From NCBI GenBank assembly GCA_044229845.1, contig JBGASG010000005.1, positions 64,001 through 128,000 on the forward strand: a stretch of 64,000 nucleotides of DNA. Reading direction: 5' to 3'. Of this stretch, positions 9,236-17,547 are shown in pieces. Source of the DNA: Candidatus Obscuribacteraceae bacterium. GTDB lineage: Bacteria; Cyanobacteriota; Vampirovibrionia; Obscuribacterales; Obscuribacteraceae. Under the pieces are notes generated by a model, which was not told the DNA's origin, did no database searches, and saw only the letters and a program-made list of their open reading frames with translations. The translations under genes and the position numbers were made by a program. Numbering within the stretch: the stretch's first letter is position 1; each line of letters opens with the position of its first letter.

Positions 9236-9658
9236 ATGAAGAACAAAGCATTACTTACAGCTCTTGCTGTTGCGGTTGGCTGCTCGCTGGTGGGCGCTGC
9301 CGCCAATGCTGAGAATCCTGTGAAGAAGGGTGCCGATGCCGTCGGATCCGGCGTCAAGAAGGGCGCCGACGCGGTGGGCTCAGGCGTTAAGAAAGGCGCC
9401 GACGTCACTGTGGGCGGAGCCAAAAAGGTCGGCGACGTGACCGTTTCCGGCGCTAAGGCGGTCGGACGTGGTGCGAAGAAAGTCGGAACCGCTACCGTGG
9501 ACGGCGTCAAGAAAGTCGGAACCGTAACGGTCGATGGAGCCAAGAAAGTCGGCGGAGCCATGGAAAACGGCGCCAAAGCCGTGGGACGCGGCGCCAAAGC
9601 CACCGGCTCAGGCGTGGCGAACGGCGTTAAAAAGGTCGTTCCCGGCGACAGCAAGTAG
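9236..9658 (+). CDS. Small secreted Gly/Lys/Val-rich protein with 11-residue repeats
   Basis: GGAG RBS, signal peptide MKNKALL...AANA, then repeats such as VKKGADAVGSG and AKKVGTATVDG. Confidence 0.85.
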   Translation: MKNKALLTALAVAVGCSLVGAAANAENPVKKGADAVGSGVKKGADAVGSGVKKGADVTVGGAKKVGDVTVSGAKAVGRGAKKVGTATVDGVKKVGTVTVDGAKKVGGAMENGAKAVGRGAKATGSGVANGVKKVVPGDSK

Positions 9659-9727
9659 CGCTTCGGCATCGAAAAGAAGTAGGCAAGCAGTCGGATACGC
9701 AAGTATCTAGATAGATGCTTAGCCAGT

Positions 9728-9753
9728 AAAGAGCGGCGGAAAAGCCGCTCTTT
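9728..9753. terminator. Intrinsic terminator
   Basis: Perfect 10-bp stem AAAGAGCGGC-ggaaaa-GCCGCTCTTT. Confidence 0.7.
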
Positions 9754-9783
9754 CGCTATTATGGGCGGCTGCAGGGGGTGACT

Positions 9784-10770
9784 ATGAAAGCGGTAGTAAT
9801 TCGAGAGGCGGGCGGACCGGAAGTTCTGGCGGTCAAAGATGTGCCCGAGCCGGCGGCGCCGTGCAAGGGCGAGGTGCGCGTCCGCGTCAAAGCTACCGCC
9901 GTCAACCGCGCCGACCTGTTGCAGCGTGCGGGACTCTATCCGCCGCCTCCGGATGTATCGCAGGATGTGCCCGGTCTGGAATTCGCCGGCGTCGTCGAAG
10001 AACTCGGCGAAGGCGTCACCGAAGTCGCCCCCGGCGACCGCGTCTGCGGTCTCGCCGGCGGTGGCACCTACGCGCAGGCGCTCTGCGTTCCCGCCCGCAC
10101 GCTGGCGCGCATTCCCGACAATGTTTCGTTCACCGATGCGGCGGCAATTCCGGAAGCTTTCCTGACCGCCTACGACGCCATGATTTTGCAGGGACGCCTG
10201 GCGGCTGGGCAGTGGCTGCTCGTCAGTGCGGTCGGCAGCGGTGTCGGCACAGCCGCCGTACAGATCGCGCGGGCTATCGGCGCTCGTTCCATCGGCACCG
10301 CGCGCCAGCAAGACAAACTCGATCGCGCCGGCGAACTGGGCATGGATCGCGGACTTCTGGTTACGGACGGCAAGTTTGCAGAGCCTGTGAAGAAACTGAC
10401 GGGCGGCTTCGGCGTCGATGTTTGCCTGGAGTTAGTTGGTGGCGCCTATGTCGCTGAAGACATCGCCTGCACCCGTGTCAGCGGACATATCCTGGTTGTC
10501 GGTCTGGTTGCCGGGGCCAAGTGCGAAGTCAACCTGGGCATGGTGCTGCGCAATCGCCTCACTATCAAAGGAACGACGATGCGCATGCGGCCCCTGGAAG
10601 AGAAAATTCTCGCCGGTCAGTGTCTGGCAAGAAACATCATGCCGCTTGTGGAACAGGGACGGCTGCTTCCCGTGATCGACCAGGTGATGCCGCTTTCCGC
10701 CGCCGGTGACGCGCACAAGTGCTTGGAGAAAAACGAGAACTTCGGCAAGATAGTTCTGGAAGTAGATTGA
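9784..10770 (+). CDS. NAD(P)H-quinone oxidoreductase, PIG3/zeta-crystallin (MDR) family
   Basis: MKAVVI...GGPEVL, VNRADLLQRAGLYPPP, PGLEFAG, GSGVGTAAVQIA, GKIVL end. Confidence 0.93.
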   Translation: MKAVVIREAGGPEVLAVKDVPEPAAPCKGEVRVRVKATAVNRADLLQRAGLYPPPPDVSQDVPGLEFAGVVEELGEGVTEVAPGDRVCGLAGGGTYAQALCVPARTLARIPDNVSFTDAAAIPEAFLTAYDAMILQGRLAAGQWLLVSAVGSGVGTAAVQIARAIGARSIGTARQQDKLDRAGELGMDRGLLVTDGKFAEPVKKLTGGFGVDVCLELVGGAYVAEDIACTRVSGHILVVGLVAGAKCEVNLGMVLRNRLTIKGTTMRMRPLEEKILAGQCLARNIMPLVEQGRLLPVIDQVMPLSAAGDAHKCLEKNENFGKIVLEVD

Positions 10771-10779
10771 GTTGATTGC

Positions 10780-11403
10780 ATGCCGGACAAAACCGTCAAC
10801 ATATTGATAGTCGAAGATCACCAGGTCACTCTCGAAGGGCTGACGGCGGGATTGGCTCGGGAACCCAATTTCAGCGTCGTCGCTACCTCCGCCAACAGCG
10901 ACGAAGCGCTGACTCTGGTCGAGCAGACGAAACCACAGGTGGTGCTGCTCGATTTGCACGTTCCTGGAACGCGCGGACCGAAATCGATGATCGAAGAATT
11001 CTGCCGCATTCCCGGTTTGAAGATCGTCATTTTCAGCGCGGAGAACCGGCTGGCGTTTGTTCAGGCGGTGCTGGCTATGGGTGTTTCCGCGTATCTCTTG
11101 AAGTCGGAGCGGATCGCCAAAGTGGCGGACACAATCAGTGCGGTTGTATCGGGCAAGACCGGAATCGTCTCGGATGAATTGATGCATGGCTTCCGAAAAT
11201 TGACTCCCAGCGAAGCCGAAGTGCTGTCCATGCTGGGGCAAGGCATGAAGTACCAGGACATTGCCGATCAGCGTTACACGACTGTGGCGACCGTGCGCAA
11301 GCAGTGCGAAACCCTGCAACTCAAATTGGGGTTGGAGAGCCGCGAACAACTGATTGCCTGGGCTGTGAAAAATGGCTACGGCAGCGTCGAGAGCGGCGGT
11401 TAA
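10780..11403 (+). CDS. NarL/LuxR-family DNA-binding response regulator
   Basis: Receiver ILIVEDH...LLDLHVPG...YLLK; LuxR HTH LTPSEAEVL...YQDIA...TVRK. Confidence 0.93.
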   Translation: MPDKTVNILIVEDHQVTLEGLTAGLAREPNFSVVATSANSDEALTLVEQTKPQVVLLDLHVPGTRGPKSMIEEFCRIPGLKIVIFSAENRLAFVQAVLAMGVSAYLLKSERIAKVADTISAVVSGKTGIVSDELMHGFRKLTPSEAEVLSMLGQGMKYQDIADQRYTTVATVRKQCETLQLKLGLESREQLIAWAVKNGYGSVESGG

Positions 11404-11406
11404 AAA

Positions 11407-12294
11407 ATGCCAGGCGCAGGCGAGGATGAAACACGGAAGGCGCCCAGCCTGGTGGTCACCGCCGACGGCTCAGTGACGCTCTTCAACGAGGATGCCGGTG
11501 AGCTTTATCACAACAGCGCCGGCGCCTACACCGAGGCTCTCAAGAATTACGTGGAGCCAGCCGGTGCAGTCGATACTCTACGGCGCACCGGGACGCTCCG
11601 CGTGCTCGATGTTTGCTTCGGGATGGGCTACAACAGTTTCGTCCTCCTGCAGCATCTGGCTGAAAAGCGCTTGTCCGGGCAGGTCTTCATACGAGGAATC
11701 GAAAACGATTCCGCCGTCCACGCGCTGGCTTTCTCTCACGTGCTGGAAGATCCGCGCCTGCAGGCGGCGCGCGCCTTGCTGCCGGCCACGCCGGTTTCGA
11801 CCGGCGCCGCACCGCAGGTTTCTTCCCGGACCGGTCTACAAGTGGTACTGGAGGTGGTGCTGGCCGACCTGCGTCACGAACTTCCGAAACTGCCGGACCG
11901 CGAAGAATATGACATCGTCTTCCACGATCCGTTCTCGCCTCGTAAAGTCCCCCAGCTGTGGACTGTGGATATCTTCCGCAAATACCACCAGCTCCTGGCT
12001 GCGCGTCGCGGTCGCTTGCTCACCTATTCAATTGCGGGCGCTGTGCGCGGGGGGCTTTTAGAGGCCGGATTTGCTGTCTGGCGCACCACCGCAGTTGGTG
12101 GCAAGTACGGGGGCTCGCTTGCGATGTTTCCCGGCGACCAACCGCCACCCGGATGTCAGCCAGGCGAAGCCGGCTTCGGCGAGCGAAAGGGCGGACGGCG
12201 CAGCCTGGTTCCGTTTCGGGACCCGGACTTCTCAGCGACGAAAGACGAACTATTATTGCGCCGCAGCTTAGAACAGGCGGACTACGAGATCTAG
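11407..12294 (+). CDS. mnmD: Stand-alone tRNA mnm5s2U methyltransferase (MnmC N-domain/MnmD-like)
   Basis: TADGSVTL...YHNSAGAYTEA, VLDVCFGMGYN, FHDPFSPRKVPQLWT, LLTYS motifs. Confidence 0.85.
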   Translation: MPGAGEDETRKAPSLVVTADGSVTLFNEDAGELYHNSAGAYTEALKNYVEPAGAVDTLRRTGTLRVLDVCFGMGYNSFVLLQHLAEKRLSGQVFIRGIENDSAVHALAFSHVLEDPRLQAARALLPATPVSTGAAPQVSSRTGLQVVLEVVLADLRHELPKLPDREEYDIVFHDPFSPRKVPQLWTVDIFRKYHQLLAARRGRLLTYSIAGAVRGGLLEAGFAVWRTTAVGGKYGGSLAMFPGDQPPPGCQPGEAGFGERKGGRRSLVPFRDPDFSATKDELLLRRSLEQADYEI

Positions 12295-12384
12295 AGCCGT
12301 TCGGTCAAGTTAAAGAACTGCCTATTTGATTATGTATACGGTTACTAGAAGATTAGAGCTTAGAAACGGCGGGTAGACACACTT

Positions 12385-12408
12385 AAGAGGGATTCGGGCC
12401 CTCTTTTA
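12385..12408 (+). terminator. Intrinsic terminator
   Basis: AAGAGGG-attcggg-CCCTCTT followed by TT. Confidence 0.55.
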
Positions 12409-12463
12409 TCGGTCATTGCGTACCCGATTTGGCGCTCGCTCGGGATATTTAAGGGTCAAAGGC

Positions 12464-15400
12464 ATGGAACAAACAGTTCCCATCATTGCTCAAATGGTCA
12501 CTGCCTTCGCCATGCTTGGCGGCATGTGGTGGATCAGCAAAGACGTCGTGGCAGCCATCCGCAAGCTATCAGAAGATCAGCGCGAGATTGCCGAGAGGCT
12601 GCGCGCCTTCTCCAGTCACGCCGAGCGCCTGATGGCGATGGAGAGCCATTTGCAGGCGATCGCTGACGCTCGCCGCAATCCGCAAATCCCGCCGCAACCG
12701 CAGACCAACATTGAAATTTCGGAACAGATATCCGACCATCTTGAGAAGCATTCGCGGATGCTGGAGCTTCAGGTAATCGCCCAGTTGATGCCACTGATTC
12801 GGGAGGAGCACAGCAAAGACGCGGCTCTGTCCGCCATTTCAGCCCTTACCAACCGCGAGATCGGTTCCCGCTTTCGGGACCTACTGAGTTCGGTTTCGTT
12901 CGATGACGTGCAGCATTTCACAGGCGAGATGTGGGCTCTCGAGCAAGACCAGGGCTTCATGGAAGAAACGCCTCCGGCGCCGCCGATGACCCCGGTGATC
13001 TCCGCGCGCCACAAGCGCGCCAATGAGTACATCCGCTCGCCAAAACAGCAGCAGGTGCCGGAAGAGCCGGTTGATTTCGTCGAACAGCTGGAGCGCCAGC
13101 GGACCGATGAAGATGAAGAGCAGCGGCTGCGTGATTTCGAAGCCATGCGGCGCAAAGGCGAGGAGGCGGCGCGCAACCGTCTGGAAGCCGAGAAGAAACG
13201 CATTGAAGAAGACCGCCTGATTGCAGAAGCCAACGAAGCCGCGCGGCTGGCGCGCATCGCTCGTCTGAAGGAAGAAGAAGAGCGGCGCATGGAGGAAGAC
13301 CTGCGTGAGGCTGAGGCGGAGCGGCTGCGGCTCGTAGAAGAAGCGCGCCAGGCTGCTGAAGAAGAAGCGCGTCTGGAGGAGGAAGCTCGGAATTCTGAGC
13401 AGGCACGGCAACAGGCAATTATCGACCGCGCCGAGGAAGAAGCCTTGCGGGCGGCAGCCGCGGAAGAGGCAGCACGCATAGAAGCTGCGGCGGCGCGTCA
13501 GGAAGAGGAAGCGCGTATCGCCGAGGAAGCGCGTATCGCGCGCGAGGAAGACGAGGCGCGCGAACTGGCGGAGCAACAGCGTTTCCGCGAAATGCAGGCG
13601 CAGCGTGAGCGTTCTGAGGAAGAGGCGCGGTTGCGTGCGGAGCAGGAAGCCGAAGAAGCGCGGCGCCTGGCTGAAGAAGAAGAGAACCGTCAGCGCGAAG
13701 AACAAGAGCGGCTCTGGCAACAAGAAGAGCAGGCAAGGATATGGGCCGAAGAAGAGCAGCGTCGCCAGGAAGAAGAGGAGATGCGGCTCTGGGCTGAGGA
13801 AGAAGAGCGGCTGCGTCTGGAAGCCGAGGAGCGTGCGCGCGCTGAAGAACAAGCGCGTCTGGCAGAGGAAGCGAGGCTTGCCGAAGAAGAGCGCCTGCGC
13901 CAGGAAGAAGAAGAGCGCAAGCGCCGCGAAGAGGAAGAATATGCGCGGCTGCTCGCTGAAGAAGCGGAGCGCAAACGCCTCGAGGAAGAAGAGTATGCGC
14001 GCCTGCTCGCCGAAGAGGAAGCGCGGATTAAGGCAGAACTGGAAGCGCAGCTGCGTGAAGAAGAAGAAGCGCGGCTTGCCGAAGAGCAGCGGCTACGTGA
14101 GGAAGAAGAAGCGCGGCTTGCCGAAGAGCAGCGGCTGCGTGAGGAAGAAGAAGCGCGGCTTGCCGAAGAGCAGCGGCTACGTGAGGAAGAAGAAGCGCGG
14201 CTTGCCGAAGAGCAGCGGCTACGTGAGGAAGAAGAAGCGCGGCTTGCCGAAGAGCAGCGGCTACGTGAGGAAGAAGAAGCGCGGCTTGCCGAAGAGCAGC
14301 GGCTGCGTGAGGAAGAAGAAGCGCGGCTTGCCGAAGAACAGCGGCTGCGTGAGGAAGAAGAAGCACGCCTTGCCGAAGAGCAGCGGCTGCGTGAGGAAGA
14401 AGAAGCACGCCTTGCCGAAGAGCAGCGGCTGCGTGAGGAAGAAGAAGCACGCCTTGCCGAAGAGGCTCGCAGAAGAGCCGAAGAGGAAGAACGCCAGCGC
14501 CGTGAACGCGAAGAAGCGTTGCGCCGCGCCCAGGAAGAGGCGGCTGCTATCCGCCAGGAGCGTGAGTTAGCGAAGAAACGTGCGGCTGCGGAAGAAGCCC
14601 GCAAGAAAGCCGAGGAAGAAGCGAAGCGTCGCGAGGAAGAGCGCGCGAAGAAACGCGCAGAGGAAGAAGCTGCCCAAATCAAACGCGAACGCGAGGAAGC
14701 GCGTCGCAAAGCTGAGGAAGAAGAAGCTCGCAAAAAGGCAGAACGTGCGGAAGCCTTGCGCAAAGCCGAGGAAGAAGCCAGGCTGCGTGAGGAAGAAGAA
14801 GCACGTCTTGCTGAAGAGCAGCGGCTTCGCGAGGAAGAAGAAGAGCGTCTGCGTCTCGAGGAAGAAGAACGCCTGCGCCTCGAAGAAGAGGCACGTCTTG
14901 CAGAAGAGCAGCGGCTTCGCGAGGAAGAAGAAGCGCGACTGCGTGCCGAGGAAGAAGAACGCCTGCGCCTCGAAGAAGAGGCACGTCTTGCAGAAGAGCA
15001 GCGGCTTCGCGAGGAAGAAGAAGCGCGACTGCGCGCCGAGGAAGAAGAACGCCTACGCCTCGAAGAAGAAGAACGCCTGCGCCTCGAAGAAGAGGCACGT
15101 CTTGCAGAAGAGCAGCGGCTTCGCGAGGAAGAAGAAGCGCGACTGCGCGCCGAGGAAGAAGAACGCCTGCGCCTCGAGGAAGAGGAGCGTCAGCGTGAGG
15201 AAGACGAAGCGCGTCGCCGCGCCGAAGAAGAAGCTCGCCGCCGCGCCGAAGAAGAAGCTCGCCGCCGCACCGAAGAAGATCGAAAGCGCGCCGAGGCCGA
15301 AGCAAAGAAACGAGCCGAAGAAGAAAAACGTCGTGCCGAGGCTGATGCTAAGAAGAAGGCTGAGGAAGATGCGCGCCGCAAGATCGAGGAAGAGGCGCGT

Positions 15401-17275
15401 CGCAAAGTAGAAGCGGAACAACGCAAGAAAGCCGAAGCCGAAGCCCGCAAAAAAGCCGACGAAGAGAAAAGGCGCGCCGACGAAGAATACAAACGCGCCG
15501 CTGAGGAAGCGCGAAAAGTTTCGGAAGCGCGAAAAGTTGCCGAGGCTCGCAAGAAAGCCGACGATGAAGCGCGGCGCAAAGCAGACGAGGAGGCGCGTGC
15601 CAAACTCGACCTCGAACGCCGCCGCAAAGAAGAGGAAGAGCGTCTGGCGCGCGAGGCGGAGACCTGGAAGCGTGCCGAGAAGGAAGCGATTCGTCGTGCC
15701 GACGAGGAATTGCGCAAGGCGGAAGCTGATCGCAAGCGCACCGAGGAAGCCGAGAAGAAACGTCTGGAAGACGAATCGAAGCGTGCAGAACGCGAGCGTT
15801 TCGAAGAAGAGCATCGCGAAAGCATCGATGCGCAGCGCATCACACAAGAGATTGAAAAGTCGACCGACATCGTCAATCCCAACGAAACGGTCACCTTGCC
15901 CGCTTACGAATCAGACACCACCCCCGACGAGTTGTTGACGGCACCGGCGAACGAGCCGGTTTCGTCCGCATTTACTGAAGCCGGCGACGGTCTGTTCGCG
16001 AAAGGCAATTACGCGGACGCCGAGAAGCACTACATGCGTGCCTTGCCGGCTCTCGAAGAAATGGTCGGCAGCGATCACCTGGCAGTCATCGACATACTGC
16101 GCAAGCTGGCGGTTGTCTGTTTGCGTCGCGGTAAGTTGAATGATGCGGAAGAAGGGTTCCGTCAGGTGCTGGCGCGTCGCATCATGAAGCTCGGTCCCAA
16201 TCATGAGGATTCGTTGCAATCGCGTCATGACTTGGGATCTTTTTATACGTTGCGCGGCAACTTCAAAGAAGCGCGCGTTATGTTGGAGCAGGCGCTTGCC
16301 TCGCGGCGCGAAGTGTTTGGCGATGAGAATGCGATGTCGGCGCAGTCGATGCACGCGCTGGCGCTGCTCGACATGGCGGAAGGCAAGTATCTAGACGCGC
16401 GCGCGCTCATGGAAACTGCGAAGCGCATTCGTTTATCGCTGCTCGGCGCCAATAACATCGACACGGTACAAAGTAATTGCGACCTGGGCTATTTGATGTT
16501 TCTGCAGGATGAATTGGCGGAAGCCGAACCTCTATTGATGGAGGCGCTGATTGCACGGCGCGGCTATTATCTCGGTGAAGAACATCCCGATGTCGCGCAG
16601 GTGATGCTTTATCTGGCGCGGCTGTACACGCGGCTGGGCAAGTACGGCGAGGCGAAGCGTCCGCTTGAACGCAGTCTGGAAATTCGCAACAAGTTGCTCG
16701 GCAACAAGCATCCCGACACGGCCGAGTCTTTTAACGCCATCGGCATCTACCAGCTCTATCAGAAGAAGTACACCGAAGCGCGCCAGAATTTCTCGCAGGC
16801 GCTCTACATCCGCAAAACCAATTTCGGTGAGAAACATCCGGCGACCCTCGAGAGCATGTTCTACCTCGGATACATCTGTGCGCGTCAGGGGCAATTCGAA
16901 GAAGCCGGTCCGATCATCGAGAAGACGCTGGATCTGCGCCGCGAATTGCTGGGCGCGTATCACCCGGATGTGGCGCAAAGTATCAATGGATCGGGCGTGC
17001 TCGCTACCTTGACGGGGCGCGTCGATCTTGCCGAGCCTGTGCTCGAGGAAGCGATTACGATGCGGCGCACCATCCTTGGTGACCACCACCTCGATGTTGC
17101 GGAGAGCCTGCACGACCTGGGTCTGTGTGCGGCGCGCCAGGGCAACTTCGAACGCGCCAAACCGCTCCTCGAAGAATCAATCGAAATTCGCAAGCGCATC
17201 ATCGGTCCCGACAGCCCGCTGCTTGCCGAAGCCATGAAAGACTACGACGCGATAGTCGGCGCCGCGCGCCGCTAA
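12464..17275 (+). CDS. Giant protein: N-terminal TM, ~900-aa E/R/K-rich helical rod, ten 42-aa kinesin-light-chain-type TPRs
   Basis: ORF translation; TPR ends GSDH, GPNH, GDEN, GANN, GEEHP, GNKHP, GEKHP, GAYHP, GDHH, GPDSP; ATG at 12464 chosen. Confidence 0.88.
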   Translation: MEQTVPIIAQMVTAFAMLGGMWWISKDVVAAIRKLSEDQREIAERLRAFSSHAERLMAMESHLQAIADARRNPQIPPQPQTNIEISEQISDHLEKHSRMLELQVIAQLMPLIREEHSKDAALSAISALTNREIGSRFRDLLSSVSFDDVQHFTGEMWALEQDQGFMEETPPAPPMTPVISARHKRANEYIRSPKQQQVPEEPVDFVEQLERQRTDEDEEQRLRDFEAMRRKGEEAARNRLEAEKKRIEEDRLIAEANEAARLARIARLKEEEERRMEEDLREAEAERLRLVEEARQAAEEEARLEEEARNSEQARQQAIIDRAEEEALRAAAAEEAARIEAAAARQEEEARIAEEARIAREEDEARELAEQQRFREMQAQRERSEEEARLRAEQEAEEARRLAEEEENRQREEQERLWQQEEQARIWAEEEQRRQEEEEMRLWAEEEERLRLEAEERARAEEQARLAEEARLAEEERLRQEEEERKRREEEEYARLLAEEAERKRLEEEEYARLLAEEEARIKAELEAQLREEEEARLAEEQRLREEEEARLAEEQRLREEEEARLAEEQRLREEEEARLAEEQRLREEEEARLAEEQRLREEEEARLAEEQRLREEEEARLAEEQRLREEEEARLAEEQRLREEEEARLAEEQRLREEEEARLAEEARRRAEEEERQRREREEALRRAQEEAAAIRQERELAKKRAAAEEARKKAEEEAKRREEERAKKRAEEEAAQIKREREEARRKAEEEEARKKAERAEALRKAEEEARLREEEEARLAEEQRLREEEEERLRLEEEERLRLEEEARLAEEQRLREEEEARLRAEEEERLRLEEEARLAEEQRLREEEEARLRAEEEERLRLEEEERLRLEEEARLAEEQRLREEEEARLRAEEEERLRLEEEERQREEDEARRRAEEEARRRAEEEARRRTEEDRKRAEAEAKKRAEEEKRRAEADAKKKAEEDARRKIEEEARRKVEAEQRKKAEAEARKKADEEKRRADEEYKRAAEEARKVSEARKVAEARKKADDEARRKADEEARAKLDLERRRKEEEERLAREAETWKRAEKEAIRRADEELRKAEADRKRTEEAEKKRLEDESKRAERERFEEEHRESIDAQRITQEIEKSTDIVNPNETVTLPAYESDTTPDELLTAPANEPVSSAFTEAGDGLFAKGNYADAEKHYMRALPALEEMVGSDHLAVIDILRKLAVVCLRRGKLNDAEEGFRQVLARRIMKLGPNHEDSLQSRHDLGSFYTLRGNFKEARVMLEQALASRREVFGDENAMSAQSMHALALLDMAEGKYLDARALMETAKRIRLSLLGANNIDTVQSNCDLGYLMFLQDELAEAEPLLMEALIARRGYYLGEEHPDVAQVMLYLARLYTRLGKYGEAKRPLERSLEIRNKLLGNKHPDTAESFNAIGIYQLYQKKYTEARQNFSQALYIRKTNFGEKHPATLESMFYLGYICARQGQFEEAGPIIEKTLDLRRELLGAYHPDVAQSINGSGVLATLTGRVDLAEPVLEEAITMRRTILGDHHLDVAESLHDLGLCAARQGNFERAKPLLEESIEIRKRIIGPDSPLLAEAMKDYDAIVGAARR
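14051..14466 (+). repeat. Intragenic 42-bp tandem repeat x10 encoding LREEEEARLAEEQR
   Basis: Units start at 14051, 14093 ... 14429; the first nine differ only at synonymous positions and the tenth diverges at its end. Confidence 0.95.
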
Positions 17276-17407
17276 CTCCCGCCGCGGCGCGCCGCTAACT
17301 CTCGGCGCCGCGCGCCGCTAACTCCCGCCGCCGCGCGCCGTTAACTCTCGCCGCCGCGCGCCGTTAACTCTCGCCGCCGCGTGCCGTTAACTCTCGCCGC
17401 CGCGCGC
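17257..17407. repeat. 23-bp GC-rich tandem repeat (~6.5 copies) that includes the gene's stop codon
   Basis: TAAC recurs at 17273, 17296, 17319, 17342, 17365, 17388; unit GCCGCGCGCCGYTAACTCYCGCC. Confidence 0.92.
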
Positions 17408-17409
17408 TC

Positions 17410-17547
17410 CGCCTCTATATACGCTAATGGTATGCCAAATCAGAAGTTGCATACCATTAGCGTATATTGAATTCACCCGCCTTTATATACGCTATTGGTA
17501 TGCCAAATCGAAAGTTGCATACCATTAGCGTATATTGCATTCATCCG
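17410..17547. repeat. Two 68-bp direct repeats, each containing a 19-bp-stem palindrome (REP/MITE-like)
   Basis: ATATACGCTAATGGTATGC-13 nt-GCATACCATTAGCGTATAT at 17417-17467, with a second copy (one stem mismatch) at 17485-17535. Confidence 0.9.

Noticed and set aside
12769..15894. Several long Ser/Arg-, Leu- or Lys-rich ORFs in other frames of the giant gene
   Set aside because: By-products of the GAA/GAG-rich repeats lacking stops
17257..17547. Possible CRISPR array
   Set aside because: Repeats are contiguous or separated by near-identical sequence; no unique spacers and no cas genes
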